This document shows positions 8,536 to 17,749 of a DNA stretch of 43,056 nucleotides, one piece after another; position 1 is the first letter of the stretch; each line of letters begins with the position of its first letter. The DNA comes from a bacterium (GTDB lineage: Bacteria > Hinthialibacterota > Hinthialibacteria > Hinthialibacterales > Hinthialibacteraceae): NCBI GenBank assembly GCA_963663405.2, contig CAXXSM010000131.1, positions 1-43,056 on the forward strand. The letters run 5' to 3'. The notes beneath the pieces were generated by a model. The model was not told the origin of the DNA. It saw only the letters and a program-made list of their open reading frames with translations, and searched no databases. The position numbers and the translations under genes are program-made.

Positions 8536-9279
8536 ATGTCCGGCCATTCCAAATGGAGCACAATTAAGCACAAGAAAGCGAAGGTTGACGCCGCGCGTGG
8601 CAAAATCTTCACACGGGTTATCCGCGAATTGACAGTCGCCGCGAAACAGGGCGGAGGTGATCCAAACTCGAATCCCCGATTGCGAACAGCGATTGACGCT
8701 GCCCGCGGCGCCAATATGCCGAAGGACAACATTGAAAAGGCGATTAAAAAAGGCACAGGCGAACTTCCCGGCGTCAGTTACGAAGAAGCGACGTATGAAG
8801 GTTACGGCCCTGGCGGTGTCGCTATACTTATCGAAGTGCTGACGGATAACAAAAACCGCACAACCCCGGAGATCCGGCACTTATTTGGGAAATATGGGGG
8901 AAACCTTGGTGAATTGGGTTGCGTTGGCTGGATTTTTGAACGCAAAGGGGAGATCGTGATCGAAGGGGAAAACCTCGATGAAGACGCGCTCATGGAAGCC
9001 GCCATCGAAGCCGGAGCCGAGGATGTGCAATTCGATGATGGCGTCTGCATGATTTATACCGCCGCGGAAGATTTTGAAACCGTGCGGCAGACAATGGCGG
9101 AAAGTGGCGTTGAGATTACCAGCGCGAAATTGACCCGCATTCCTCAAAACACCGTCGCCCTGGAAGGCAAACCGGCGGAAACTATGCTGAAACTTATGGA
9201 AGCGCTCGAAGAACAAGACGACGCGCAGAATGTCTACGCCAACTTTGATATTCCCGACGAGGTTCTTGAAAAGATGTAA
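8536..9279 (+). CDS. yebC: YebC/PmpR family protein
   Basis: [15 protein letters not shown]-terminus, [10 protein letters not shown] and TDNKNRT motifs; lies upstream of ruvC. Confidence 0.97.
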   Translation: MSGHSKWSTIKHKKAKVDAARGKIFTRVIRELTVAAKQGGGDPNSNPRLRTAIDAARGANMPKDNIEKAIKKGTGELPGVSYEEATYEGYGPGGVAILIEVLTDNKNRTTPEIRHLFGKYGGNLGELGCVGWIFERKGEIVIEGENLDEDALMEAAIEAGAEDVQFDDGVCMIYTAAEDFETVRQTMAESGVEITSAKLTRIPQNTVALEGKPAETMLKLMEALEEQDDAQNVYANFDIPDEVLEKM

Positions 9280-9334
9280 CCTTGTATCGCTTTTCCCTAG
9301 CCTGATCCTGGGCCATCTCTAAACCGGAACGATT

Positions 9335-9847
9335 ATGTCTGATAGTCTCCCAGAACGGATTCTTGGTATCGATCCCGGCTTGCGCGCTTTGGGGTATGGA
9401 ATCGTAGAAGCGATTGACCGCGACGCGAAAGCGATCACGTACGGTGTTATTCAAACAAAATCAAGCGATCCATTTCCCGAACGACTCAATACACTCTATG
9501 AAGGGGTGAAAGAGGTGATCCAGGAATACCAACCGGATCGAATGGTATTTGAAAAGCTGATCTACTGTAAAAATGTCTCGATCGCTCTTTCTCTTGGCCA
9601 AGCGCGGGGCGCCGCGATTCTCGCCGGCGCGCGGATGGATCTGCCCATGTCAGAATTCAGCCCAGCGGAAATAAAGTCGGCGGTTGTGGGACGGGGACGG
9701 GCGTCCAAAGAGCAGGTACAAAAGATGATCGGGCTTCTTCTTTCTATCCCCGCCCCGGAATCCGATCATGCGGCGGACGCATTGGCGGCGGCGCTGACAT
9801 ACGTACATGCGAAACCAACAACGGCGCTGATGAAATCACTGCGTTGA
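9335..9847 (+). CDS. ruvC: Holliday junction resolvase RuvC
   Basis: ILGIDPG, LGQARG, GRASKEQVQKM and DHAADALA motifs. Confidence 0.97.
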   Translation: MSDSLPERILGIDPGLRALGYGIVEAIDRDAKAITYGVIQTKSSDPFPERLNTLYEGVKEVIQEYQPDRMVFEKLIYCKNVSIALSLGQARGAAILAGARMDLPMSEFSPAEIKSAVVGRGRASKEQVQKMIGLLLSIPAPESDHAADALAAALTYVHAKPTTALMKSLR

Positions 9848-9880
9848 AACAGCGGTTGAAGGGGTAATGGATCATACGCT

Positions 9881-10489
9881 ATGATCGCTTTTTTATCCGG
9901 AATCCTCAAAGAAAAAAAAGAAGATCATGTAATCATTCAAGTCGGTGGAATCGGCTTTCACGTCTTAATCCCACTAACAACCTACCGGGAACTCCCCCGC
10001 ATTGGCGCCGAGATTACGATTCACACGCATCTGTTTATGCGCGAAGATGAACTGCGGCTATATGGTTTCGCTACGGTCGATGAACGAGAACTGTTCCTGA
10101 TTCTCTTGGGAATCAGCGGCATCGGCGCGAAGATGGCGATCGATATCATCTCCCATATCTCTGTTTCCCAGCTGGTGGACGCCGTGCAGAATGATCGTGT
10201 TCAAGTTCTCTGCCAAGTTCCAGGAATCGGAAAAAAACGGGGGGAACGGTTGATCTTCGACTTGAAGAACGTAAAACATCCCCTCTTCCTCCGTCCAGCG
10301 GTGGTTTCGGAAACAAAATCCCCCCAAACTGCGGCCCAAAGCCAAACCATGACAGAAGCCGTGGAGGCGCTCATGGCATTAGGAATCAAACTGGTAGACG
10401 CGCAACGCGCAGTAACGGAAGCGGCCACTCATCTAGGAGAAGACGCGGATGTGTCGACATTGATCAAAGAAGGATTGAAATATAGGTGA
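9881..10489 (+). CDS. ruvA: Holliday junction branch migration protein RuvA
   Basis: MIAFLSG, REDELRLYGF, ISGIGAKMA, VPGIGKK and EALMALG motifs. Confidence 0.97.
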   Translation: MIAFLSGILKEKKEDHVIIQVGGIGFHVLIPLTTYRELPRIGAEITIHTHLFMREDELRLYGFATVDERELFLILLGISGIGAKMAIDIISHISVSQLVDAVQNDRVQVLCQVPGIGKKRGERLIFDLKNVKHPLFLRPAVVSETKSPQTAAQSQTMTEAVEALMALGIKLVDAQRAVTEAATHLGEDADVSTLIKEGLKYR

Positions 10490-10614
10490 GAAAGCCAGAA
10501 CAATATTAATAGACGTATGAGACGCTTAACATTGAATGACTTGTCCTAGAGTGGATTGATTGTTCGTTCTATTCTACAATTTACATTGACCACGGTGTTA
10601 CCAAGGAGTCATTC

Positions 10615-12681
10615 ATGTTTAATTCTAAATCTGTCTATTCAATTGTCTTTCTCATTGTTGTTCTTTTCAGCGCTCCCGCATTTACGAGTGAATCCATCAT
10701 CCGGCCCGATCATCCCCGAATCTATGTCACCACCGATACAATCGACGAAGTCCGGCGGTTGTGCCGGGAAGAATATAAATCCCTTTATGATGATTTACTC
10801 TCTACGAACTGGATTCTTAACCAGACGCCGGGCGTCGATTACACCCATATGAGCAATATGATCATGCCCGCGTTCCGCTATCTGATCGAGGGGGACCCGT
10901 CAATGGCGGCGAAAACCAAAGCCTACCTGGACGCTCTCGCGGATAATCCGCCCCGCGATCAATATCTGACGCCGGAATATATCCGTCAGGCGGCGGCCTG
11001 CTATGATTGGATTCACGATCGATTGACGCCGGAAGAAAAAGAGCGGTACGCCGCTGTCTTAGTGGAGATGTCGGATTACGTTCTGTCACTCTGGCGGCAC
11101 AGCGATTTTAACAACCATTTCGTGAATGAAACCGTGTCGGTTCTCTTTACCGGCTTGGCGCTGGATGGAGACGGGGTGGATGACGAGAACGCGAAACGTC
11201 TGCTGGATACCGGGAGCGCCTATTTAAAAGATCACGCCATCCCCGCCGCGAACGAAATCGCGGGGGAAGATGGAGGGCAAGCGGAAGGTTTTTCGTACAA
11301 CGATTGGGGATATGCGCGGCCCTTGGCGTATCTGACGGAAGCCTGGTATACCGCGACTGGAGAGAATCTTTATGAGAATTCTTCGTATTTCAAAACCCAA
11401 TCTCTATGGCATCTCTACTGTCTGCGTCCCCACGATCAAACGTTGGAACGGCCCGAAGACTGCCCCTCCGGTCTGGACTTAGGAGAAAACCTGAAAACCT
11501 TCATTCATCTCTTCGCCGCGCGATGCGGTGACGGGTACGGGCAATGGCTTGGTGATCAAATCGAATGGCGGTACAAACAGAACGCATGGAAAGAGATTCT
11601 CTGGCGCGATCCTCAATTAAAGCCCAAATCCCCCGCAGATTTGCCCTTGGCGCGGCATTTCCGTAAATTGGGCTGGGTGGCCACCCGGTCAGGCTGGAAC
11701 GACCCAAACGCTGCGTTCGCCCTCTTCCAATGCGGTGATTTCTACGCCGGACACCAGCATGTTGACGCCAACACTTTTGTCATTCACAAAAGTGGAAGCC
11801 TTGCCATAGACAGCGGCGTCAACGAATACAGTTCCCACCGCGCCAACTACTATTGCCGCACCATCGCTCACAATGGGATCACCGTCTTCGATCCCTCGGA
11901 GGAATTTACTTCAGCGGTCTGGTCGGGCAGTGGAAGCGGCGGCTCCAACGATGGCGGCCAATTGCGGGGGAACATCCTTTCCCGTGTGGGAACTTTTGAG
12001 AAAGGCGGTCCGAGTGATGTGGGGGATATCACTGATTTCTTCGCCAACGAGCGTATTACCTACGTTTGCGGAGACGTCGCGCGCGCGTACAGTTCCACAA
12101 AAATGGAATGGTTCACACGTCAATTTGTTCACATCCAGCCGGATCTCTTTGTCGTCTTCGACCGTGTCGTTTCGAAGCAGGCGTCATTTAAGAAAACCTG
12201 GCTGCTCCACAGCATCCCGCGTCCACTCATCGATGGCCGTCATTTCACCATCGAACATGATGGAGGGCGGCTTGATGGGCATGTGGTTTTGCCGCTCGAA
12301 GCCAGCGTTCAATCCATCGGCGGCGCAGGGAAAGAGTACTGGGTCAATGGAACCAACTATCCTCCAGACAGCAAAACCGATCCGGAAGCAGGGGCGTGGC
12401 GTATTGAAGTTTCCCCTATGAATCCAAACCGCAGTGATGTTTTCCTGCATGTCCTGCAAACGAGCCTTGCCCAGGAATACGAACCAGCGCAAATCACACC
12501 GCTTGAAGAAAACGGTTTGACTGGCGCGTCTATTCAACAAAATGATCTTCTCGCAAAGATACTCTTTTCTACTGAAGAAACACCGATGTGCCGGATACAA
12601 CTGACAAAAGGAAATTCCTTAATCGAAGATCTCACTCTGGGAGAGAAATCGGCGTCCGTGAAAAAAGTTAACATGCATTAA
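10615..12681 (+). CDS. Secreted heparinase II/III-like polysaccharide lyase
   Basis: Signal peptide; HPRIY, GGQAEG..Y, GWVATRSGW, HQHVDANTF, RTIAHNGITV, FVVFDRV, KKTWLLH and GAWRIEVSP motifs. Confidence 0.82.
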   Translation: MFNSKSVYSIVFLIVVLFSAPAFTSESIIRPDHPRIYVTTDTIDEVRRLCREEYKSLYDDLLSTNWILNQTPGVDYTHMSNMIMPAFRYLIEGDPSMAAKTKAYLDALADNPPRDQYLTPEYIRQAAACYDWIHDRLTPEEKERYAAVLVEMSDYVLSLWRHSDFNNHFVNETVSVLFTGLALDGDGVDDENAKRLLDTGSAYLKDHAIPAANEIAGEDGGQAEGFSYNDWGYARPLAYLTEAWYTATGENLYENSSYFKTQSLWHLYCLRPHDQTLERPEDCPSGLDLGENLKTFIHLFAARCGDGYGQWLGDQIEWRYKQNAWKEILWRDPQLKPKSPADLPLARHFRKLGWVATRSGWNDPNAAFALFQCGDFYAGHQHVDANTFVIHKSGSLAIDSGVNEYSSHRANYYCRTIAHNGITVFDPSEEFTSAVWSGSGSGGSNDGGQLRGNILSRVGTFEKGGPSDVGDITDFFANERITYVCGDVARAYSSTKMEWFTRQFVHIQPDLFVVFDRVVSKQASFKKTWLLHSIPRPLIDGRHFTIEHDGGRLDGHVVLPLEASVQSIGGAGKEYWVNGTNYPPDSKTDPEAGAWRIEVSPMNPNRSDVFLHVLQTSLAQEYEPAQITPLEENGLTGASIQQNDLLAKILFSTEETPMCRIQLTKGNSLIEDLTLGEKSASVKKVNMH

Positions 12682-12799
12682 TGCTGATGGTAAAATAGCT
12701 TGTGTCGATTCGCATTTTCAATCTCAAAAAAGTTTCCCTCACTTTGGATTACAAGGTGGATGAGATATTCTCTTCTTATTATCTGCGGTAAGGAGAACC

Positions 12800-14095
12800 A
12801 TGATGATCGAACGCTACACCCGCGTAGAAATGGGTCGAATCTGGAGCGATCAATATCGTTTTCAAACGTGGCTGCAAGTTGAAATCGCCGCTTGTGTGGC
12901 CCATAACAAGCTGGGAATCATTCCCGATCAAGCGCTGGAAGAGATCCGGACCAAGGCGGCGTTTGATATCAATCGCATCCGGGAGATCGAAAAGACCGTC
13001 GATCATGAGACCATCGCGTTCTTGACCAATGTGGCGGAACACGTGGGGGACGCCGCGCGGTATATCCATTATGGCATGACCTCATCGGATAAATTGGATA
13101 CGGCTCTTGCCCTGCAACTGGTCGCCGCTTCCGATCTATTGATCGATGGAATCGAAAGATTGCACAAAGCTGTCGGCGAATTAGCGAAAAAACACAAATA
13201 TACTGTGATGGCGGGCCGCACACATGGCGTCCACGCCGAACCGATTACATTCGGCCTGAAGATGGCGATCTTTTATGAAGAACTTGGCCGCCACATTCGG
13301 CGTATGGAGAGGGCGAAAAAGTCCATCGCCGTCGGCAAGGTATCGGGGGCGGTGGGCACGTATTCATCCATTGATCCCATCGTCGAAGAGATCGTCTGCG
13401 TAGAACTTGGATTGGAACCCGCGCCGGTCAGTAACCAGATTGTACAGCGCGACCGGCACGCGGAATATCAGAGCGTGATCGCCCTTGTGGGCGCTACATT
13501 AGAAAAAATGGCGTTTGAAATTCGTGGCCTGCAAAAAACCGAGATCCGCGAAGTGGAAGAACCGTTCCCAGCCGGGCAAAAAGGCTCGTCTTGCATGCCG
13601 CACAAGAAAAATCCCAATCTCTGCGAACGTATCACGGGCCTGGCCCGCTTGTTGCGCAGCTACGCCATCACAGCCTTTGAGAATGTCGCGTTGTGGCATG
13701 AACGTGACATCTCTCATTCCTCCGTCGAGCGAGTCACATTGACCGACGCGTCGATTCTCTTGGATTATATGCTGGACCGGATGCGCTGGATCATTGAAAA
13801 CCTGGTCGTATATCCCGAACGGATGCAGTATAATCTGGAATCGTCACACGGACTTGTCTTTTCACAGAAAATCCTCCTCGCCCTTACCCGGAAAGGCGTT
13901 TCCCGCGAGGACGCCTACCGTCTCGTCCAATCCAGCGCCATGAAGGTATGGGACACGGATTCCAGCCTGCTCGATGAGCTGAAGCGCAACGAAGAAGTCC
14001 GTTCTCACATCAGTGAAGAAGAGTTGGAAGCCTGCTTCAATCTAGATGAATTGCGCAGCAACACCGATCTGATTTTTAAACGAATCGGCCTGTAG
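12800..14095 (+). CDS. purB: Adenylosuccinate lyase
   Basis: MIERY, IHYGMTSSD, GRTHGVHAEP and the fumarate-lyase signature GSSCMPHKKNP; aaggag RBS. Confidence 0.97.
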   Translation: MMIERYTRVEMGRIWSDQYRFQTWLQVEIAACVAHNKLGIIPDQALEEIRTKAAFDINRIREIEKTVDHETIAFLTNVAEHVGDAARYIHYGMTSSDKLDTALALQLVAASDLLIDGIERLHKAVGELAKKHKYTVMAGRTHGVHAEPITFGLKMAIFYEELGRHIRRMERAKKSIAVGKVSGAVGTYSSIDPIVEEIVCVELGLEPAPVSNQIVQRDRHAEYQSVIALVGATLEKMAFEIRGLQKTEIREVEEPFPAGQKGSSCMPHKKNPNLCERITGLARLLRSYAITAFENVALWHERDISHSSVERVTLTDASILLDYMLDRMRWIIENLVVYPERMQYNLESSHGLVFSQKILLALTRKGVSREDAYRLVQSSAMKVWDTDSSLLDELKRNEEVRSHISEEELEACFNLDELRSNTDLIFKRIGL

Positions 14096-14131
14096 CCAGT
14101 TAATAAACAGCGTAAAAGGAGGATTCAGACC

Positions 14132-14365
14132 ATGAAAAAACATGGGCCTGATTTAATGGAGCGGGGTGTCCATCTCGGCTGTGGTCTGTTTTTTGGTATA
14201 TTCGTAGGATTACTCGTCGCCCCCCGCCTCTTGCGAAGAGGTCTTCTCCCCGGCTATCTCCCCGAAGGATATGAACTGCTCGAAGGCATTATCCTTGTCG
14301 CGCTCGTCTGTGGTGTGTTATCCATGATTTTCGGAGACCGGTTTTGGGATAAATTTAAGGGATGA
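14132..14365 (+). CDS. Small two-TM membrane protein of unknown function
   Basis: Strong RBS aaggagg; two hydrophobic segments; C-terminal FGDRFW. Confidence 0.6.
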   Translation: MKKHGPDLMERGVHLGCGLFFGIFVGLLVAPRLLRRGLLPGYLPEGYELLEGIILVALVCGVLSMIFGDRFWDKFKG

Positions 14366-14461
14366 GGATGGACGAGGAGGATTTGAGCGAGTGATTAATG
14401 TTATAATCTCTTCTCTTGTAAATGAACGATGGTACTTAAAGCATACAAATAATGTCATTTA

Positions 14462-14490
14462 TTGACGCGCTCTGGCGTGGATTTTATAAT
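14462..14490 (+). promoter_or_regulatory. Sigma70-type promoter of the antitoxin gene
   Basis: TTGACG (14462-14467), 17 nt spacer, TATAAT (14485-14490). Confidence 0.7.
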
Positions 14491-14522
14491 GATGGTATAT
14501 ACTCTTGCGCTGGAGAGAAAAC

Positions 14523-14792
14523 ATGAGCCATAACATCAATCTCAACCTTACCAAAGAACTGCGGGAGTTTATAGATAGCCAATCCGGTGAGGGCACACTC
14601 TATGCGACACCGAGTGAATTCATGCGCGATCTACTCAGAGAGAAAAAAAGACGCCTTGACGCCGCCGCAGTGAGAGACGCGATCCTTGAAGGGAGTCATG
14701 ATTTAATCGAACAACGGTCCATTGAATTTAATGGGAGTTGGGACGATGCGATCAAGAAAGCGAAAAAGCGGGATCAAGAAGGATGGAAATAA
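14523..14792 (+). CDS. ParD-like ribbon-helix-helix antitoxin
   Basis: INLNLTKELREFI....G..YATPSEFMRDLLR...RDAILEG matches the ParD/RHH antitoxin pattern; ggagag RBS before ATG 14523. Confidence 0.78.
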   Translation: MSHNINLNLTKELREFIDSQSGEGTLYATPSEFMRDLLREKKRRLDAAAVRDAILEGSHDLIEQRSIEFNGSWDDAIKKAKKRDQEGWK

Positions 14793-14824
14793 TGTCCAAG
14801 GTGATTGTGTCGTCTTGTGATTGA
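14792..14824 (+). pseudogene. Possible remnant of the cognate ParE/RelE toxin (MSKVIVSSCD*)
   Basis: TAATG overlap with the antitoxin stop codon; beta-strand-like start resembling ParE N-termini; stop after 10 codons. Confidence 0.4.
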
Positions 14825-14920
14825 ACTTCAATATATGATTTCATTCTATTTTTTCTGTGCAGAACACGCTCTTTTTTCCCTTTGCTTTTTACGGTTCGAT
14901 ACAAAATTATTCCATTATTT

Positions 14921-15304
14921 TTATATAATTTCCTCTGTTGGTTCATACTCACCTGTTTCATGAGACCAAAAATAAATCGTATCTCCCAACATGTTTGAAT
15001 CTTGATTGTCAGGAAGCAGAATCAACCGGTCGCCATATCCATTTCCAGCTATTGCTACAGCATCAGGAGGAAATCCATTCCATTTTTTTATAGATTCTGT
15101 TTCGTATACAATATCATTACAGGTTCTCTTAAGTCTCTTCCGGTCCGATTTATCCCAAATAGGGTATAAATCCCACGTTTCACCATGAATCGTTTTTTCT
15201 CCACCATTCTCCTTCGCGATTGCATGCCGGTATGAATGGGGAAGTTTGATTCCCAATTTCGATTCCGCTTCTTGAATCCATTTTTCATCAACTGGAAAAG
15301 ACAT
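14921..15304 (-). CDS. SMI1/KNR4 (SUKH) family protein
   Basis: IQEAESKLGIKLPHSYR....ENGG and VAIAGNGYGDRL..IYFWSHETG motifs; gaggagg RBS. Confidence 0.9.
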   Translation of the reverse strand: MSFPVDEKWIQEAESKLGIKLPHSYRHAIAKENGGEKTIHGETWDLYPIWDKSDRKRLKRTCNDIVYETESIKKWNGFPPDAVAIAGNGYGDRLILLPDNQDSNMLGDTIYFWSHETGEYEPTEEII

Positions 15305-15400
15305 TTATTCCTCCTCGTACATCCACGTTTTCACAAATGGGATGGATTGCAATGTTGGATACGAGCGGCGCAACATTTCTCATTTAAGAGGATGCGCGTG

Positions 15401-16201
15401 TCAGGTATCAGTCGTAATATCATCCCACTCTTGGTCCGAATAGCGGATAAGCCAGTTCAGAGCCCGGTGTCGTTCTCGAATGATACCTTCGTCAATCCTC
15501 TCAGAAGACTTCCCATTTAGACGGAACTCGATGGCGGCCCAATGAAGACGATAGTAGTAATCCGCCATGTCGAGTATCTCGGCTTGACTTCGGAGCCGCG
15601 CCTCTAAGATGAACTTTTCTGGATCGGTACCCCTTATTAATCCGACCTCATAGGGAACGTCACAAATCTCATTCGGTGGTTTCAGCTCGTTAATATGCTC
15701 CAAGGCCCAAAGGAAGACATGCGAGCATTCATACCCCCAGCTGAATTCGATAAACTGCTGTCTCTTGGGATTGCGTTCGTCAATAAAAGCCGTTTCCTGG
15801 GGAGAGAAAAAAGATCGCGCATCGTATTCTTTAACGAGTTCCTCAATCAAGGCTTGGTCATCCCCTTGCGTTTCGCCTTTAACGGCGCACAGCACGACTG
15901 CGATACATCGTTGCGCAACTTCTTGCGGTGTCCTGGCGTCTATTTCCTTCTCATCCTCAACAACGGGAAGACCCTCAATATAAGGAAGGTCCATCTGCTT
16001 AATCAGCGCAATGCTCTTGGCCTTCCGCGCCAGCTGCTCTTTCGTAGGATAGGGACTATCCAGATTGGTCCTGACACTTCCCATCAGCGCCGATTCATCA
16101 ACCGTAGGATAGTTTTCCCGCTTCATTTGTTCCTCCTTTCCGCACGAACAAATAAGAACAACGCAGGATAGCGCCAGTATTTGAATGAGATATTGTTTCA
16201 T
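15401..16201 (-). CDS. DUF4272-like lipoprotein
   Basis: Lipobox-like LICSC; FSPQE..F, FLWAL, LRS..EILD.AD.YYRLHWA, ERHRALNWL and WDDITTDT motifs. Confidence 0.78.
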   Translation of the reverse strand: MKQYLIQILALSCVVLICSCGKEEQMKRENYPTVDESALMGSVRTNLDSPYPTKEQLARKAKSIALIKQMDLPYIEGLPVVEDEKEIDARTPQEVAQRCIAVVLCAVKGETQGDDQALIEELVKEYDARSFFSPQETAFIDERNPKRQQFIEFSWGYECSHVFLWALEHINELKPPNEICDVPYEVGLIRGTDPEKFILEARLRSQAEILDMADYYYRLHWAAIEFRLNGKSSERIDEGIIRERHRALNWLIRYSDQEWDDITTDT

Positions 16202-16239
16202 CAGTCTCCAAACAAAGGGAATACTTGTCTTGTTAAGAT

Positions 16240-17109
16240 TTACTCACTGTCGATTAACAAAAGATATCGTTCCAGCGCGTGTCTTAAACTTGTATAATGG
16301 TCGCCTTCCACCATAAAGATTTTTAGCTTTGGTTCTTCAACTGTGAAAAGTTCTCTTTTTGCGGACTTGATTTCGTCTTTGATGGCGTCCATATTCCCAA
16401 TATAAGCATAATGAGGAAATTGCATTTCAGAAATATTACCAGTCAGTACTCGTAGTTTTCTTTCGTTTGAATTGAATAAATCAAAGGGTACGAAATCATA
16501 CCATCCATAAAAAACGTCCTGATTATACAAACCTCCACAGCTTCCTGTATGTTGGACTGGAACATTAGTCCGGAGAGATAAAAGGGCGGATATACCACCC
16601 CCTGCGCTATGACCAAATGAAAAAATGCGATTTCGATCAATATATGGTTGATTGGCTAACCATTGAATCGCCGCTTTAGCGTCTTCAACTTCACCCAACA
16701 TCAATTCGAAGTTCCCTGGATTTCCATTTTCCCCTCTGAACATGGGACACATGACTACATAGCCTGCATTAATAAATGGCTCGCAGTCCATTAGATCACT
16801 TAAGCCAAATGCAAATCCTCCATGTAGATAGATGAGCGCAGGATTTTTTTCCTTTTTATTAGGGGGTATGTAAAGCCAAGCCTTAAGTCTTAATCTATCC
16901 GAATAGTAATGAACTAATTTTGTATTTTGGGGGAGTTTTTCATCAATCCATTCCTGAGGAGATGGTCCTCTATATTTCAAATTTGTTTCAAATTCTTGAA
17001 GACGTGTGAGATATGGTTTTGTTCTAACCGGAGTTCTTTTAGAATGACTATTATCACATCCAATACTTCCGAGAATTATAATTAAGGTTATGATTATCCA
17101 ACTTCGCAT
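16240..17109 (-). CDS. Alpha/beta hydrolase (prolyl oligopeptidase-like), probable lipoprotein
   Basis: PALIYLHGGF, FRGENGNPG, nucleophile elbow GHSAGG and C-terminal GDH; signal ending SIGC; AT-rich coding sequence. Confidence 0.82.
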   Translation of the reverse strand: MRSWIIITLIIILGSIGCDNSHSKRTPVRTKPYLTRLQEFETNLKYRGPSPQEWIDEKLPQNTKLVHYYSDRLRLKAWLYIPPNKKEKNPALIYLHGGFAFGLSDLMDCEPFINAGYVVMCPMFRGENGNPGNFELMLGEVEDAKAAIQWLANQPYIDRNRIFSFGHSAGGGISALLSLRTNVPVQHTGSCGGLYNQDVFYGWYDFVPFDLFNSNERKLRVLTGNISEMQFPHYAYIGNMDAIKDEIKSAKRELFTVEEPKLKIFMVEGDHYTSLRHALERYLLLIDSE

Positions 17110-17598
17110 GATTGCATCATCTCCCAATAATTTAATCATCGATTCATTTATGTTTCGAAATGATATTCATCAGTCAAAACAAATGCCATTGTATATCCTG
17201 ATGGTCAATTGTGACAAGTGCGCATCAAAATAGTAATTTCTTGTTCATGATAATCAAATCAAGGATTAACAATAATCTACCCTCACATTAATAACAGAGA
17301 TAATCCGATGATACCCCTCATCACCCAACAAACTTCCCCTTCCACTGTTCCTTTGCCCCCCCTCCCCCATCCAATGTGACACAGCGCCATGTTTTTTATT
17401 GAGACAGATTGTGATGCTTTTTGAGTAGGGTAGGTTTTTCTTTCTATGGAATCATCTATTTTAATTATGATTTTTCTAGGCAGGATCTGTTCATTTTTGT
17501 TCAATGTAATGACTGATTGTGTAAACTATTTTTGCTTTTCAAACGTGTTAGTATTAGATATGCCATCGAAAAATTGGAAGATTTTAATTTTGAATATA

Positions 17599-17615
17599 TT
17601 GGCATGAATTATGCT
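17599..17615 (+). promoter_or_regulatory. Sigma54-type (-24/-12) promoter upstream of the DUF4912 gene
   Basis: TTGGCATGAATTATGCT has GG-N10-GC spacing. A possible sigma70 site TTGCTT-16-TATAAT lies at 17679-17706. Confidence 0.65.
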
Positions 17616-17749
17616 ATATTGTTATGACGCGTCTTGATCTGGATTTACACTGTTTCACTTTCGCTCCGGTTCTTGAAATTGCTTTTTATTTGAAATTATC
17701 TATAATAAACGATTGAATTCATAGAAGAGACTTTGACGAAGGGGTAAAA

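Noticed and set aside
14752-14961. 69-aa minus-strand ORF overlapping the SMI1 and antitoxin ends
   Set aside because: Lys/Arg-rich translation of AT-rich spacer DNA, overlapping genes at both ends.
14800-17200. Integron cassette array hypothesis for the accessory genes
   Set aside because: No integrase, and no complete RYYYAAC..GTTRRRY attC of adequate length; the spacers are too short or degenerate.
17283-17504. 73-aa minus-strand ORF and C-rich tract near 17336-17372
   Set aside because: No motif or clear RBS; low-complexity intergenic DNA.
17540-17556. Possible divergent minus-strand sigma54 site (TGGCATATCTAATAC)
   Set aside because: Lacks the conserved -12 GC.
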